This document shows positions 21,038 to 30,242 of a stretch of DNA of 58,877 nt, piece by piece. The first letter of the stretch is position 1. Each line of letters begins with the position of its first letter. This DNA comes from Chlamydiota bacterium (GTDB lineage: Bacteria > Chlamydiota > Chlamydiia > Chlamydiales > SM23-39), in assembly GCA_039179045.1 (NCBI GenBank), contig JBCDEZ010000002.1, forward strand, positions 1-58,877, given 5' to 3'. A program made the position numbers and the translations under genes. The notes beneath the pieces were generated by a model, which did no database searches, was not told the origin of the DNA, and was given only the letters and a program-made list of their open reading frames with translations.

Positions 21038-22002
21038 AGAAAGTTGTTGTGATCGGAGGTGGCACGGGAAATTTCACCATTCTTCGCGGCTTGAAAGCCT
21101 ATCCACTTTCTCTGAGTGCAGTTGTCTCAATGGCAGATGATGGGGGGAGTACAGGTATCTTGCGCGATGAGCTTGGTGTGCTGCCTCCGGGAGATGTGCG
21201 CCAGTGCCTTGTCGCTCTTTCCCATTCAAGCAGGTTATTGCGCTCTTTGATGAATTACCGATTCGAGCATGGCCACTTTGATGGCCATAGTTTTGGAAAT
21301 TTACTTCTTTCTGCTTTGGAGAAAGTCACCGGGAGCTTTGAAAAAGCGGTCGAGGAAGTGGGCAAAATTCTTTTTATCAGGGGCAAAGTCCTTCCTGTGA
21401 CGATTCATCAGGTGCGCCTAAAAATGTTACTCAAAAATCGCAAACTGCTCGAAGGGGAAAAAGAGATCTACCTCTCTAGAGAAATCGATCAGGGCTATTC
21501 GAGTATTTATCTAGAGCCTTATCCGAAGGTGAACTCCAAAGTGTTGGAAGAAATCGAGCAGGCAGACCTCATTGTGCTCGGTCCTGGAGGATGGCACACT
21601 TCTGTGATCCCTAACATCCTAGTGGAAGGAGTGGCAGAAGCGTTGCTACGCGCTCAAGGAAAAAAAATGTTTGTTGTCAATTTGATGAATCGAAAAGGGC
21701 AGACTACGAATTACCGCGTCAGTCACTATCTGCACGAATTGACCCAATTCCTCTCCGAAGATATTTTCGATTACATTTTGGTAAACAACGCAAGACCTTC
21801 CCAAGATCTCATCGATCGCTATCTAGCAGAAGAAGGGGGAGAGCTCGTGGAAAATGACCTAGAAGATAGTCGGGTTGTTCTAGCCGACTTTCTGGGTCCC
21901 TTGAGCAAACAAAAGAAAAATGATTTGATGCCTAGGAACTTGATCCGGCACGATCCAGCCAAGCTCGCACAGGAGATTATGAGAATTGTGGCTTCTTTTT
22001 GA
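21034..22002 (+). CDS. YvcK/CofD-like gluconeogenesis-factor family protein (UPF0052)
   Basis: N-terminus VVVIGGGTGNFTILRGL...MADDGGSTGILRDELGVLPPGDVRQC is characteristic of the CofD/YvcK family. Confidence 0.8.
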   Translation: MKKVVVIGGGTGNFTILRGLKAYPLSLSAVVSMADDGGSTGILRDELGVLPPGDVRQCLVALSHSSRLLRSLMNYRFEHGHFDGHSFGNLLLSALEKVTGSFEKAVEEVGKILFIRGKVLPVTIHQVRLKMLLKNRKLLEGEKEIYLSREIDQGYSSIYLEPYPKVNSKVLEEIEQADLIVLGPGGWHTSVIPNILVEGVAEALLRAQGKKMFVVNLMNRKGQTTNYRVSHYLHELTQFLSEDIFDYILVNNARPSQDLIDRYLAEEGGELVENDLEDSRVVLADFLGPLSKQKKNDLMPRNLIRHDPAKLAQEIMRIVASF

Positions 22003-22672
22003 TCTAGACGATACGTTGATCGATACCTCAGGATCGATTGCCCCTTTTCGCTTAGAAAGAGCGTTAGACTACCTGCTGCGAACATCTACTCTCAACCATT
22101 CCCCCTCTCGTCTCTTATCGGAGCTCTTGCACATCCATCATGCAGCTCCAAGCTCTAGGGAAGCTCTTATCCAATTCTCTCAGAAATATTCTTTTTCGAA
22201 GAGCGCTCTTTTTAAAGCAGTTGACCTAGTTTACAAAGCTCCTTTGCAAGAGGAAATTCCTGTGCGCACTTTGCCTCGAGTGCTGGCTCTTTTGAAGCGT
22301 ATCTCTTCGCACTCTCTTTGTCTTGTCTCGCAAGGCGACGAAACGATCCAAAGGCAAAAGTTGAAAAAAGCTGGTATAGAACCCCAACTTTTCTATAAGA
22401 TCAGTGTGAAAGATCCTTGCGATAAAGGAGAGATGTACCAGGAAATTTTCCTGGATCTTCCCATCCGGCAAGGTGAGGTCGTGGTCATCGGAGATCGCGT
22501 GCAAACCGATCTTTTTCCCGCAAAGCAGCTCGGTTTTTGGACCGTGCATATGCAGTGGGGAAGAGGAGCTTTGTCTCCCGGTTCTTCCTGTGTAGATTTC
22601 CAGATCCAACGACCTTGGCAACTTCTTTCCATACTGAAACAGATCCAAAAGAGAGTACAAACATGGGAATGA
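21986..22672 (+). CDS. HAD-superfamily hydrolase
   Basis: Motif I LFDLDDTLIDT at the N-terminus, with the Asp pair (VIGDRVQTD) near the C-terminus. Confidence 0.7.
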   Translation: MWLLFDLDDTLIDTSGSIAPFRLERALDYLLRTSTLNHSPSRLLSELLHIHHAAPSSREALIQFSQKYSFSKSALFKAVDLVYKAPLQEEIPVRTLPRVLALLKRISSHSLCLVSQGDETIQRQKLKKAGIEPQLFYKISVKDPCDKGEMYQEIFLDLPIRQGEVVVIGDRVQTDLFPAKQLGFWTVHMQWGRGALSPGSSCVDFQIQRPWQLLSILKQIQKRVQTWE

Positions 22673-23199
22673 ACAGCCAGATTAGCCCAGGCATGACCAT
22701 CAAAGTAGAAGGCAAAGTCTACCGGGTCGAATCGAGTATCAAAGTGACCGTTGCAAAAGGTGTTCCTTTCATCAAAACCAAACTGCGTCATCTCATCAAC
22801 GATGAGGTGATTGAGAAGAACTTCAAAGTGGGGCAGTCTGTTGAGGAAGTCTCCTTAGTCGAGCATGTTTTGGAGTACATGTATCCTGAGAAAGAGCACT
22901 ATATCTTCCTGAACACAGAAACTCTCGATCAGGTGATTGTCTCCGACCAGATTCTTGGAGGGAAGGTCCACTACCTCAAAGAGGGGATCAAGGTGGCTGC
23001 TATGTTCTACGGCGATACGGCTTTTTCGATCGAATTGCCTCAGTTCCTTGAATTGATGGTTGTCCAAGTAGAAGAAGCGGGTAACATGAAAGAAGCTGTT
23101 TTGGAGACGGGCGCAAAAATCCGCGTTCCCTCCTTCATTGAGACAGGAGATATTGTAAAAGTGGATACAGAAGAAAATGAATACATTCAGCGTATGTAG
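22663..23199 (+). CDS. efp: elongation factor P
   Basis: ~178 aa from MGMNSQISPGMTIKVEGKVYRV. The ATG overlaps the stop of the HAD gene; the longer ORF in the track is an upstream extension. Confidence 0.85.
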   Translation: MGMNSQISPGMTIKVEGKVYRVESSIKVTVAKGVPFIKTKLRHLINDEVIEKNFKVGQSVEEVSLVEHVLEYMYPEKEHYIFLNTETLDQVIVSDQILGGKVHYLKEGIKVAAMFYGDTAFSIELPQFLELMVVQVEEAGNMKEAVLETGAKIRVPSFIETGDIVKVDTEENEYIQRM

Positions 23200-23212
23200 A
23201 TAAGGAGGCACC

Positions 23213-23641
23213 GTGGATCTTGAGGAAATCAAAGAGCTACTCGAGCTTTTAGAAAATAGTTCGGTGGCAAGCTTGCAGCTAAAAAAAGGGGACTTCGCTC
23301 TGCACGTAGAAACAGAGCATTCTCGATCTCCCACAAGCAGGCCAGTCCCTAACCCAGCGAAGGTGGATCTTGCAAAGAGCATCTCAGAGACTCCGGCTGG
23401 TAAAGATCACGACTACCTAAAATCTCCTATGGTGGGTACTTTTTACTCCTCACCCTCTCCCGATCAACCCCCGTTCGTGCGAGTAGGGAGTCCCGTAGAA
23501 GAAGATACCGTGGTCTGCATCGTTGAGGCAATGAAGGTGATGAATGAGGTCAAAGCAGGGAAAAAGGGGATCGTGCAAGAGGTGTTGCTCGAAAATGCCC
23601 AGCCTGTCGAGTTTGGCACGAAACTATTTCGAGTCGTGTAA
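23213..23641 (+). CDS. accB: biotin carboxyl carrier protein of acetyl-CoA carboxylase
   Basis: Biotinyl-lysine motif IVEAMKVMNEV. GTG start 5 nt downstream of AAGGAGG. Confidence 0.85.
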   Translation: MDLEEIKELLELLENSSVASLQLKKGDFALHVETEHSRSPTSRPVPNPAKVDLAKSISETPAGKDHDYLKSPMVGTFYSSPSPDQPPFVRVGSPVEEDTVVCIVEAMKVMNEVKAGKKGIVQEVLLENAQPVEFGTKLFRVV

Positions 23642-23644
23642 AGC

Positions 23645-25012
23645 ATGAAAAAAGTGTTGATCGCAAACCGGGGGGAAATCGCGCTGAGGGTGATCCGCGC
23701 CTGCCATGAGATGGACATCTCCACTGTCGCGGTCTACTCAGAAGCAGACGCAGAAGCGCTCCACGTGCATGTAGCAAAAGAGGCTGTTTGCATCGGTAGA
23801 GCCCCTTCCATTGAGTCGTATCTCAAGGTCTCCTCTATCTTGTCTGCCTGCCAGGTGACTGGAGCAGATGGCCTACACCCTGGCTACGGTTTTTTGAGTG
23901 AAAATGCGAATTTCGCCTCGATCTGTGAGAGCTGCGATGTGCAGTTCATCGGTCCATCTGCGAAAAGCATCGCTCTTTTGGGAAACAAGGCTGCGGCTAA
24001 GAACCTAGCTAAGTCGGTGGGCTGTCCAGTAATCCCTGGTTCCAACGGGATTGTTGAAGATATGGAACAAGCTCTTGAAGAGGGCAAAAGACTCGGGTTT
24101 CCCCTTCTGATCAAAGCAGTTGGTGGAGGTGGAGGAAAAGGAATTCGCGTCGCGCAAAATGAGGAAGAACTAGCGCAAAACTTCCTTGCTGCGAAGGCGG
24201 AAGCTGAGGTGAGTTTCAAAGAGCCTGATGTCTATCTCGAGAAAATGATCCAAAATCCTAGGCATGTAGAGATCCAGATCTTAGCCGATAAGTATGGCAA
24301 TTGCGTGCATCTAGGTGAGCGTGACTGCAGCATACAACGCCGGCGGCAGAAATTGATTGAAGAGGCTCCAAGTCCTCGATTGAGTGAAGAGATGCGCTAT
24401 CAGATGGGACAAAGTGCGATTGCAATTGCGAAAGCTGCGAACTATTTTTCCGCGGGAACGGTCGAGTTCTTGCTTGATCAAGAAGAGAATTTTTACTTCA
24501 TGGAAGTCAATACGCGTATTCAAGTAGAGCATACTGTTTCAGAGGAGCTCACTGGAATCGATCTTGTAAAGGAGCAGATCCGCATTGAGCAAGGTGAAAA
24601 GCTTGGTTACCAGCAATCGGATATTTCTTTTAATGGGCATGTAATTGAGTGTCGCATCAATGCTGAAAATCCAATGAACCACTTTTCTCCCTCTCCCGGG
24701 GATTTGCGATGTTACCTCCCTCCGGGAGGTCCCCATCTGCGCGTTGACAGTGCCTGTTACACAGGCTATCGCATTCCTCCCTATTATGATTCGATGATTG
24801 CAAAACTTATTGTGCGGGGAAAAGATCGCCGAGAGGCGATCTGTGTACTACGAAGAGCGCTTCGAGAGTTTCATATCGATGGGGTGGATACGACCATTCC
24901 ATTCCACCTTTTCATGGCGGATCATGCGCCATTCTTCTCCGGAGAATACACGATCGATCTGGTCGATCGATTGATTGCAGATGGGGAGAATTTTGTTATG
25001 GAAGAAGGCTAA
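23645..25012 (+). CDS. accC: biotin carboxylase subunit of acetyl-CoA carboxylase
   Basis: 455 aa with ATP-grasp and biotin-carboxylase motifs (KVLIANRGEIALRVIRAC, GGGGKGIR, EMNTRIQVEH). Confidence 0.95.
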   Translation: MKKVLIANRGEIALRVIRACHEMDISTVAVYSEADAEALHVHVAKEAVCIGRAPSIESYLKVSSILSACQVTGADGLHPGYGFLSENANFASICESCDVQFIGPSAKSIALLGNKAAAKNLAKSVGCPVIPGSNGIVEDMEQALEEGKRLGFPLLIKAVGGGGGKGIRVAQNEEELAQNFLAAKAEAEVSFKEPDVYLEKMIQNPRHVEIQILADKYGNCVHLGERDCSIQRRRQKLIEEAPSPRLSEEMRYQMGQSAIAIAKAANYFSAGTVEFLLDQEENFYFMEVNTRIQVEHTVSEELTGIDLVKEQIRIEQGEKLGYQQSDISFNGHVIECRINAENPMNHFSPSPGDLRCYLPPGGPHLRVDSACYTGYRIPPYYDSMIAKLIVRGKDRREAICVLRRALREFHIDGVDTTIPFHLFMADHAPFFSGEYTIDLVDRLIADGENFVMEEG

Positions 25013-25070
25013 TTCGCAGCAAGAGATCTCTAAAGAAGAGGAGATTGAATAGGATTGCTGGCGGAATGTT

Positions 25071-25976
25071 TTATGTGACTTTTTTTCTTGCCCGCGATTT
25101 TCTCCGCTTTTTGGACACTTTTTTTACCGATCTTCCGTAAGCGACCTCATGCAGATTTTCAATCGCAAGAAATGCTGTAGGATCCTCTCGAAGGACGATT
25201 TCTTTCAGTCCCGATAGGTCGAGACGATCCACAATCACAAGAAGAAGGTCTCGATTCTCTCCAGAAAAACCTCCTTTGCCCTTGATGATTGTCAGGCCGA
25301 GGCCCAGCTCGTGCATGATGAGTTTTTGTATCTGGGCAGGCTTAGAGGACATGATCAAAACAGATTTGAGCTCTTCTAGCCCTGCAATGACGATGTCAAT
25401 CATCTTGAATGCCACGATGTAGGTCATCATCGAACGTAGAGCTGCATGCCAATCCAAAAAGAGCAGGCCGTATAGGGAAAAGATGAAAATATTCACAATG
25501 AGGACCACTTGACCTACCGTGAAGCCACGCTTTCTATTGATGATGATAGCTAAGATTTCCGTACCGTCTGTGCATCCTCCATTCCGGATAATGAGGCCTA
25601 CGCCTAGGCCCAAAATTGCTCCACCAAATACGATCACCTCCAAGATGTCCGCATCGAAAGAGGGTAGATCTTCCAAAAGAGCTAAAAATCCTGCAAAGAG
25701 CAAGATAGCGATCATCATTGATACAACAAAAGACCTACGAATGAAGCGGTACGCGAGGTAGATGAAGGGGAGGTTGAAAACGATGAGAAAAAGGGGCAAG
25801 TAGTGGGATCCGAAAAGGCGCGCACAGATTAAAGAGATGCCAATGACACCGCCGTCAATCAAGCGGTTGGGAAAGAGGAATACCTGAATGGAAAGAGCAG
25901 CAAGAAAGGCTCCTAGAGCCATCCAAAAATAACTAACGAAAAGTTGTCGAGTAGACTTAGGTGCAGTCTGTTTCAC
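25071..25976 (-). CDS. YitT/DUF161-family membrane protein (C-terminal DUF2179)
   Basis: 301 aa, polytopic, N-terminal LIDGGVIGISLI pattern of the YitT family. Confidence 0.7.
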   Translation of the reverse strand: MKQTAPKSTRQLFVSYFWMALGAFLAALSIQVFLFPNRLIDGGVIGISLICARLFGSHYLPLFLIVFNLPFIYLAYRFIRRSFVVSMMIAILLFAGFLALLEDLPSFDADILEVIVFGGAILGLGVGLIIRNGGCTDGTEILAIIINRKRGFTVGQVVLIVNIFIFSLYGLLFLDWHAALRSMMTYIVAFKMIDIVIAGLEELKSVLIMSSKPAQIQKLIMHELGLGLTIIKGKGGFSGENRDLLLVIVDRLDLSGLKEIVLREDPTAFLAIENLHEVAYGRSVKKVSKKRRKSRARKKVT

Positions 25977-25995
25977 GTATACCAGCTCAGTAATA

Positions 25996-26069
25996 AAAAA
26001 ATCGCGAGAGACGGGACTCGAACCCGCAACTTCCGCCGTGACAGGGCGGTGCTCTAACCAGTTGAACTA
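25996..26069 (-). tRNA. tRNA-Asp (anticodon GTC)
   Basis: Minus-strand cloverleaf GCGGGAG...: D-arm TAGTTCAACTGGTTAGAGCA, anticodon stem CCGCC/GGCGG with loop CTGTCAC, T-arm GGTTCGAGTCC, discriminator G. Confidence 0.85.
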
Positions 26070-26081
26070 CTCCCGCAAAAT

Positions 26082-26153
26082 TTTTGGTTGGGCGCAAAAG
26101 GATTCGAACCTATGACCACCTGTGTGTAAGACAGGCGCTCTACCACTGAGCTA
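26082..26153 (-). tRNA. tRNA-Val (anticodon TAC)
   Basis: Minus-strand GGGCGTATAGCTCAGTGGTAGAGCGCCTGTCTTACACACAGG...GGTTCGAATCC...GCGCCCA: anticodon stem CCTGT/ACAGG with loop CTTACAC. Confidence 0.85.
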
Positions 26154-26269
26154 TACGCCCATAAATTCCACGATTCTTGTGCCTTGATCAAGAATCACAT
26201 CTTGTTCTGCTCATTCAACGGCAAGTATATAAAAATCAGAGTTTTTCTTCTATGAAAACTTCCTGCTTA

Positions 26270-27118
26270 TCAGGGAAAAAGTAGCGCTTTGTACGGTGTT
26301 CTTTCTGATGTCGGGTTTGCTTGTCCCACCAAAAAACTTTTGAAGTGGGTCGCAAACAGCTCTTGATGGCTGTTGTAGTGGTAGTGATCGGTCAGATCTC
26401 CCACATGGATGGGTGCGACACTGATGTAGCCATTTTCTAGTGCATGCACATCACTGCCTGTCTCTTCTTCCTCTTTTTTCCACTCCCCAGTCAGTTGGTA
26501 AGAATGCGCGCCCTTGGGACAAGCGCTCTTTTCATGCGTATCGGTCCAAAAACCTTTCCCTTGCTTAGTGAGCTGCATGCCACGTATCGGAAAAGCAGAC
26601 TGACTGGGAAAGTTCACATTCAAAAAAGAGTCCTTTGGTGGGGGGTGCTGCAGATTATACGAGACAATCGGCAAAATGTATGGCTCTAAACAGCTGTAAT
26701 CGAGTAAGTCTTCTTCACAAGAAGAAAAAGCGATGCCTGGAATTTGGTTGCGGAACATACCCTCGATGACAGCGCCGATGGTTCCACTATACAAGACTGT
26801 CTTTCCAGCGTTCGATCCATGGTTGATTCCAGAGAGGATCAGATCGGGGGGAGAGTGAGCAAAAAGATGGATCAACGCGAGTTTGACGCAATCAGAGGGA
26901 GTGCCGTTTACAGAGTAGGCGGTTGTTCCGTCAAAATAGCGCTGTTCGCGGATTTGTAAAGGTTGGATCAAGGTAGTACCTAGGCCAGAGCCCGATTTTT
27001 GCGTACTGGGGGCTACCACAGTCAAAGAGGCATGTGGTCTCATAGCGCGGTACAGGCTGCGCAGACCCGATGCCCCGATTCCATCATCGTTTACAAGTAA
27101 AATGCGGAGCTGTTGCAT
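26270..27118 (-). CDS. surE: 5'/3'-nucleotidase SurE
   Basis: N-terminal MQQLRILLVNDDGIGASGL...SGINHGSN motif set. Confidence 0.85.
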   Translation of the reverse strand: MQQLRILLVNDDGIGASGLRSLYRAMRPHASLTVVAPSTQKSGSGLGTTLIQPLQIREQRYFDGTTAYSVNGTPSDCVKLALIHLFAHSPPDLILSGINHGSNAGKTVLYSGTIGAVIEGMFRNQIPGIAFSSCEEDLLDYSCLEPYILPIVSYNLQHPPPKDSFLNVNFPSQSAFPIRGMQLTKQGKGFWTDTHEKSACPKGAHSYQLTGEWKKEEEETGSDVHALENGYISVAPIHVGDLTDHYHYNSHQELFATHFKSFLVGQANPTSERTPYKALLFP

Positions 27119-27129
27119 GTGTCCCTACC

Positions 27130-28548
27130 TTAAGATGTTTTAGATGTCAGAGAAGAGACTAGATAAATGGCGCAGCTGCTGCACGTGAATGCAAGAAAAA
27201 GAGCCGGGACGTTCCATCCGTAGAGCGTGTCGAAATAGGGCCACACTCCTCCGATAAAAGAGCCAAAGACAATGCCTGCAAGTGCTCCTTGCCTAGTCAC
27301 ACGTCTGCTGTATAAGGACCACAAAAGGAGAGGCCCGAAGGTGCCACCGATTCCTGACCAGGCATAGAAGACCAAGTTGTAAATCGAGCTGATCTGAAAA
27401 AATGCGAGCAAAAATGCGAGCAAAGAAACCAACAATACCGAGGCTTTGGCTGCTCGTAGTAGTCTTTTTCCACGCAGAACTTGGGGGAAACAAAACCGGT
27501 AAATATCTTCGGAGAGGCTCGTAGCGACCACCAGTATTTGCGCTGCCATCACGTTTGTTGTAGCAGCTAAAATAGCGCAAAGAACAAGCGTTCCAAAAAA
27601 AGGAGAGAGATAAACGCGGACAATTTCGAGGGTGACAGTCTCAGGATTGGTGACACCTTCGGGGAAAAGAACGACCCCTAAGATTCCCAAAGCAGAGGCG
27701 CCTCCAAGAGCGAGCACCTGCCATGAAATGCCCAGATACTGCGATTTTTTTAGATCGCGCGCATCGGCAATGCCCATGAATTTCGTTACGATATGAGGTT
27801 GTCCGAAATAGCCAAGCCCCCAACCAAACGTGAGGGCAAAAGCTGCCCATAGACTCGTAAATGAGAGATGGGGAAGAGGAGAAAGTGACAATCCTCTCTT
27901 AGCGAAAGCTGTCAAGACGGTATCTACCACATCGAGTTTCCACCAGAGCAAAGTCGGCATTACTAGGATCACCGCGAGAAGAAACATGCCTTGGAAAAGA
28001 TCGATCCAAGCCACGGTTGTGTAACCTCCCAAAAAGACGTATAGGGTAACAATCACAGCGCCTACTGTGATGCCTACTGTGTAGTCAATCCCAAAAAGAG
28101 ACTCGCTCAGCAATCCCAAGCCTACAAAACCCGCTGCGATGTAAATGGAGTAAAACAGAAAAGAGGCGCAAGCAGAAAAGAGGCGTAATGATCCCGAATG
28201 GTCCTCGAATCGCTCTTGAAAATAGCTACTCAAAGTGACGCATTGCAGCTTTTCTGTGACAGCTCGAATCTTTGGAGCAACCCACTGCCAATTCAAGAAC
28301 ATACACAGCGCTAAACCAAATGCGGTCCAAATTCCCTCTAGCCCTTTCGTATAGATGAGAGCAGGATAGGCTAGAAAGAGCCAAGAGCTCATATCACTTG
28401 CGTGAGCAGAGAGAGCCGTGAGCCAGAAATTCAGGGAGCGTCCTCCCATCACGTAGTCTACAGAAGACCTTTGTCGCTTCAACGTTCCCATGCTCAAGAG
28501 GAAAAGCAAGAGGAAATAGGCAAAAAATGTGATGATCTCAGTATACAT
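27130..28548 (-). CDS. sodium:solute symporter family transporter (PutP/PanF-like)
   Basis: 472-aa polytopic protein with SSF-family topology. Confidence 0.8.
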   Translation of the reverse strand: MYTEIITFFAYFLLLFLLSMGTLKRQRSSVDYVMGGRSLNFWLTALSAHASDMSSWLFLAYPALIYTKGLEGIWTAFGLALCMFLNWQWVAPKIRAVTEKLQCVTLSSYFQERFEDHSGSLRLFSACASFLFYSIYIAAGFVGLGLLSESLFGIDYTVGITVGAVIVTLYVFLGGYTTVAWIDLFQGMFLLAVILVMPTLLWWKLDVVDTVLTAFAKRGLSLSPLPHLSFTSLWAAFALTFGWGLGYFGQPHIVTKFMGIADARDLKKSQYLGISWQVLALGGASALGILGVVLFPEGVTNPETVTLEIVRVYLSPFFGTLVLCAILAATTNVMAAQILVVATSLSEDIYRFCFPQVLRGKRLLRAAKASVLLVSLLAFLLAFFQISSIYNLVFYAWSGIGGTFGPLLLWSLYSRRVTRQGALAGIVFGSFIGGVWPYFDTLYGWNVPALFLAFTCSSCAIYLVSSLTSKTS

Positions 28549-28563
28549 ATCTCGGCTCAGAGA

Positions 28564-29301
28564 CTACGGTTGTAGGGCTTTTTTCGATCCGTATTGCAGC
28601 CCTGCTAGAAATAAGTTAGAGCGCGCTCTTGGGAAAGAGCGCTCCAGATAAGATACAATTTCTTTTGTTTCTGCTCTTTTTGATGTACTAGCCACAGGGC
28701 ATTTACACGTAATGGTTTGGAAGTTTTGTTGCTGCGCAAAGCGACGGATCTCTTCCTCCTCTAGATAGAAGAGGGGTCGGAGAATGGTTACGCCATACTT
28801 TTCCATAAAAATTTTGGGTAGCATGGAGGCGAACTCCGCTTTATGTAAGACGTTCAAAAGAAGCGTAGATATAGCATCGTCTTTGTGGTGGCCGAACGCC
28901 AAAAAAGAGCACCCGATTTGTTTTGCCTGCTCGAAAAGAAGGCGCCTACGCTCTCTTGAACAGGTGTAGCATTTTGGCCTAGTACCCTCCAAAGAGGAGT
29001 GTTGTACGTAGAAGGGCACCTGCAGCTGCTTACAAATCTGTCGCAGTCGTTTTTCCTCAAAACTCGCTCCGCAAGAGACACTTCCCGATACGTGAATTGC
29101 AGATAGGGGAATCTTCTCTAAGCCTTTACCTAAAATCGAGTGCAAAATGAAGAGTAGAGTCAGACTGTCCTTTCCGCCGCTAAGAGCAACGGCGATCTGA
29201 TCCACACCGTCTAGTAGGCTGAAAGTGTGCAAAGCCTTGCGGACTTTGCTCTCAATCGATTTTCCAAGATGAGTCCAAGGAGGCTTGGGAGGGTCAAACA
29301 T
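28564..29301 (-). CDS. ttcA: PP-loop ATPase, tRNA 2-thiocytidine synthetase TtcA-like
   Basis: SGGKDS PP-loop (VALSGGKDSLTL) plus CxxC pairs (CYTCSRERRRLL, TCKCP) typical of the TtcA Fe-S family. Confidence 0.7.
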   Translation of the reverse strand: MFDPPKPPWTHLGKSIESKVRKALHTFSLLDGVDQIAVALSGGKDSLTLLFILHSILGKGLEKIPLSAIHVSGSVSCGASFEEKRLRQICKQLQVPFYVQHSSLEGTRPKCYTCSRERRRLLFEQAKQIGCSFLAFGHHKDDAISTLLLNVLHKAEFASMLPKIFMEKYGVTILRPLFYLEEEEIRRFAQQQNFQTITCKCPVASTSKRAETKEIVSYLERSFPRARSNLFLAGLQYGSKKALQP

Positions 29302-29374
29302 GCTCCTATCCTAGAGGAGCCAATTTAGGAAAGTCAAGTTCGAATAGACAAAGAAGAAGAATTTATGATAAAAT

Positions 29375-29674
29375 TTGATTCCATACAGGTGTTCCGTGAA
29401 GAAAAAAATAGGAAGAAATGATCCTTGTCCCTGCGGTTCGAACAAAAAGTTCAAGAAATGCTGCGAAAAGAACATGTTGGGCAAGAAGTTTTTAGCAACG
29501 AAAATCACAGGCATGCAACCCCAGCCGGTCGCACGCTATTTTGGACAGCAGCAGGAAGCTTTGCAGTCTCTTGCGAAAAGGAAGATCACAACCATGCCTG
29601 TCAACCCGCATAGTGCTCCTTTGCCTACGCATCCACCTAAGCGAGAAGATTCCGATTTACAGAAAGACTCTTGA
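29375..29674 (+). CDS. SEC-C metal-binding motif protein
   Basis: 99 aa with [18 protein letters not shown], the SecA C-terminal zinc-finger (SEC-C) motif. Confidence 0.65.
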   Translation: MIPYRCSVKKKIGRNDPCPCGSNKKFKKCCEKNMLGKKFLATKITGMQPQPVARYFGQQQEALQSLAKRKITTMPVNPHSAPLPTHPPKREDSDLQKDS

Positions 29675-29715
29675 GGGGAATCACCGTTTTTTGTAGTATT
29701 GACCTAAGATTTTCT

Positions 29716-29788
29716 GCTGGAGTAGCTCAATTGGCAGAGCGCCCGACTTGTAATCGGATGGTTGAGGGTTCGATTCCTTTCTCCAGCA
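29716..29788 (+). tRNA. tRNA-Thr (anticodon TGT)
   Basis: Acceptor GCTGGAG/CTCCAGC, D-arm GCTCAATTGGCAGAGC, anticodon loop CTTGTAA, T-arm GGTTCGATTCC, discriminator A. Confidence 0.8.
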
Positions 29789-29796
29789 TTTTCTTC

Positions 29797-29878
29797 GGGG
29801 GTGTCGCATAGCGGCAATTGCAATGGACTGTAAATCCATCGACTTCGGTCTCCGCCAGTTCGAGTCTGGCCGCCCCCA
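29797..29878 (+). tRNA. tRNA-Tyr (anticodon GTA), class II with long variable arm
   Basis: GGGGGTGTCGCATAGCGG..., anticodon stem ATGGA/TCCAT with loop CTGTAAA, long variable arm, T-arm GGTTCGAGTCC, acceptor closes at CGCCCCC+A. Confidence 0.85.
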
Positions 29879-30100
29879 TTCTTCCGGACCCTTTTTAAAT
29901 TCCATCATAGTCAGCATGATCCGTCAAAGCAGTTCGAGCCTGTATCTATGCAACGAGGGACTGAACTTGCCGCTTCTCTTCCCCATTTATTGCATAATAA
30001 GATGGCGGTTGAATCTGACTTTATTGGAGACGTACCCCAACTTATGCAGTAGTGGGATTTCAAAAAGAACTGAATCTATTACGTTTTGATCTTGTTCCAA

Positions 30101-30242
30101 TTTTACTCAAGAAAACCAAGCGCCCAAAGAGTAGAAGGTTACTGAAAATGCCTGATGATGAATCAAATGATGAGAACCGAGAGCTAGAAAATCTTCAACT
30201 ATAGTCCTGGTTGGTCTGAAAATTTGATTTTTTCAACAAGGC
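30101..30242 (+). repeat. Copy B of the ~140-bp dispersed repeat (solo IS right end with the last 14 codons of the transposase, FYSRKPSAQRVEGY*)
   Basis: Aligns base-for-base with 67-206. The upstream frame is closed by a stop at 30071-30073, so only the extreme 3' end of the transposase ORF survives. Sits ~220 bp downstream of tRNA-Tyr. Confidence 0.7.

Noticed and set aside
26172-26195. Perfect 8-bp inverted repeat GATTCTTG..CAAGAATC (9-nt loop) between surE and tRNA-Val
   Set aside because: Could be a surE terminator or tRNA-promoter operator, but there is no T-tract on the relevant strand. Too short to assign a function from sequence alone.
67-30242. The two ~140-bp direct repeats 30 kb apart could be read as attL/attR of a 30-kb genomic island
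   Set aside because: The intervening DNA is core housekeeping (T3SS apparatus, infB-nusA-rpsA, accBC, tRNAs) with Chlamydiaceae-like synteny. The repeats begin with a transposase 3' end, so they are IS ends, not island boundaries.
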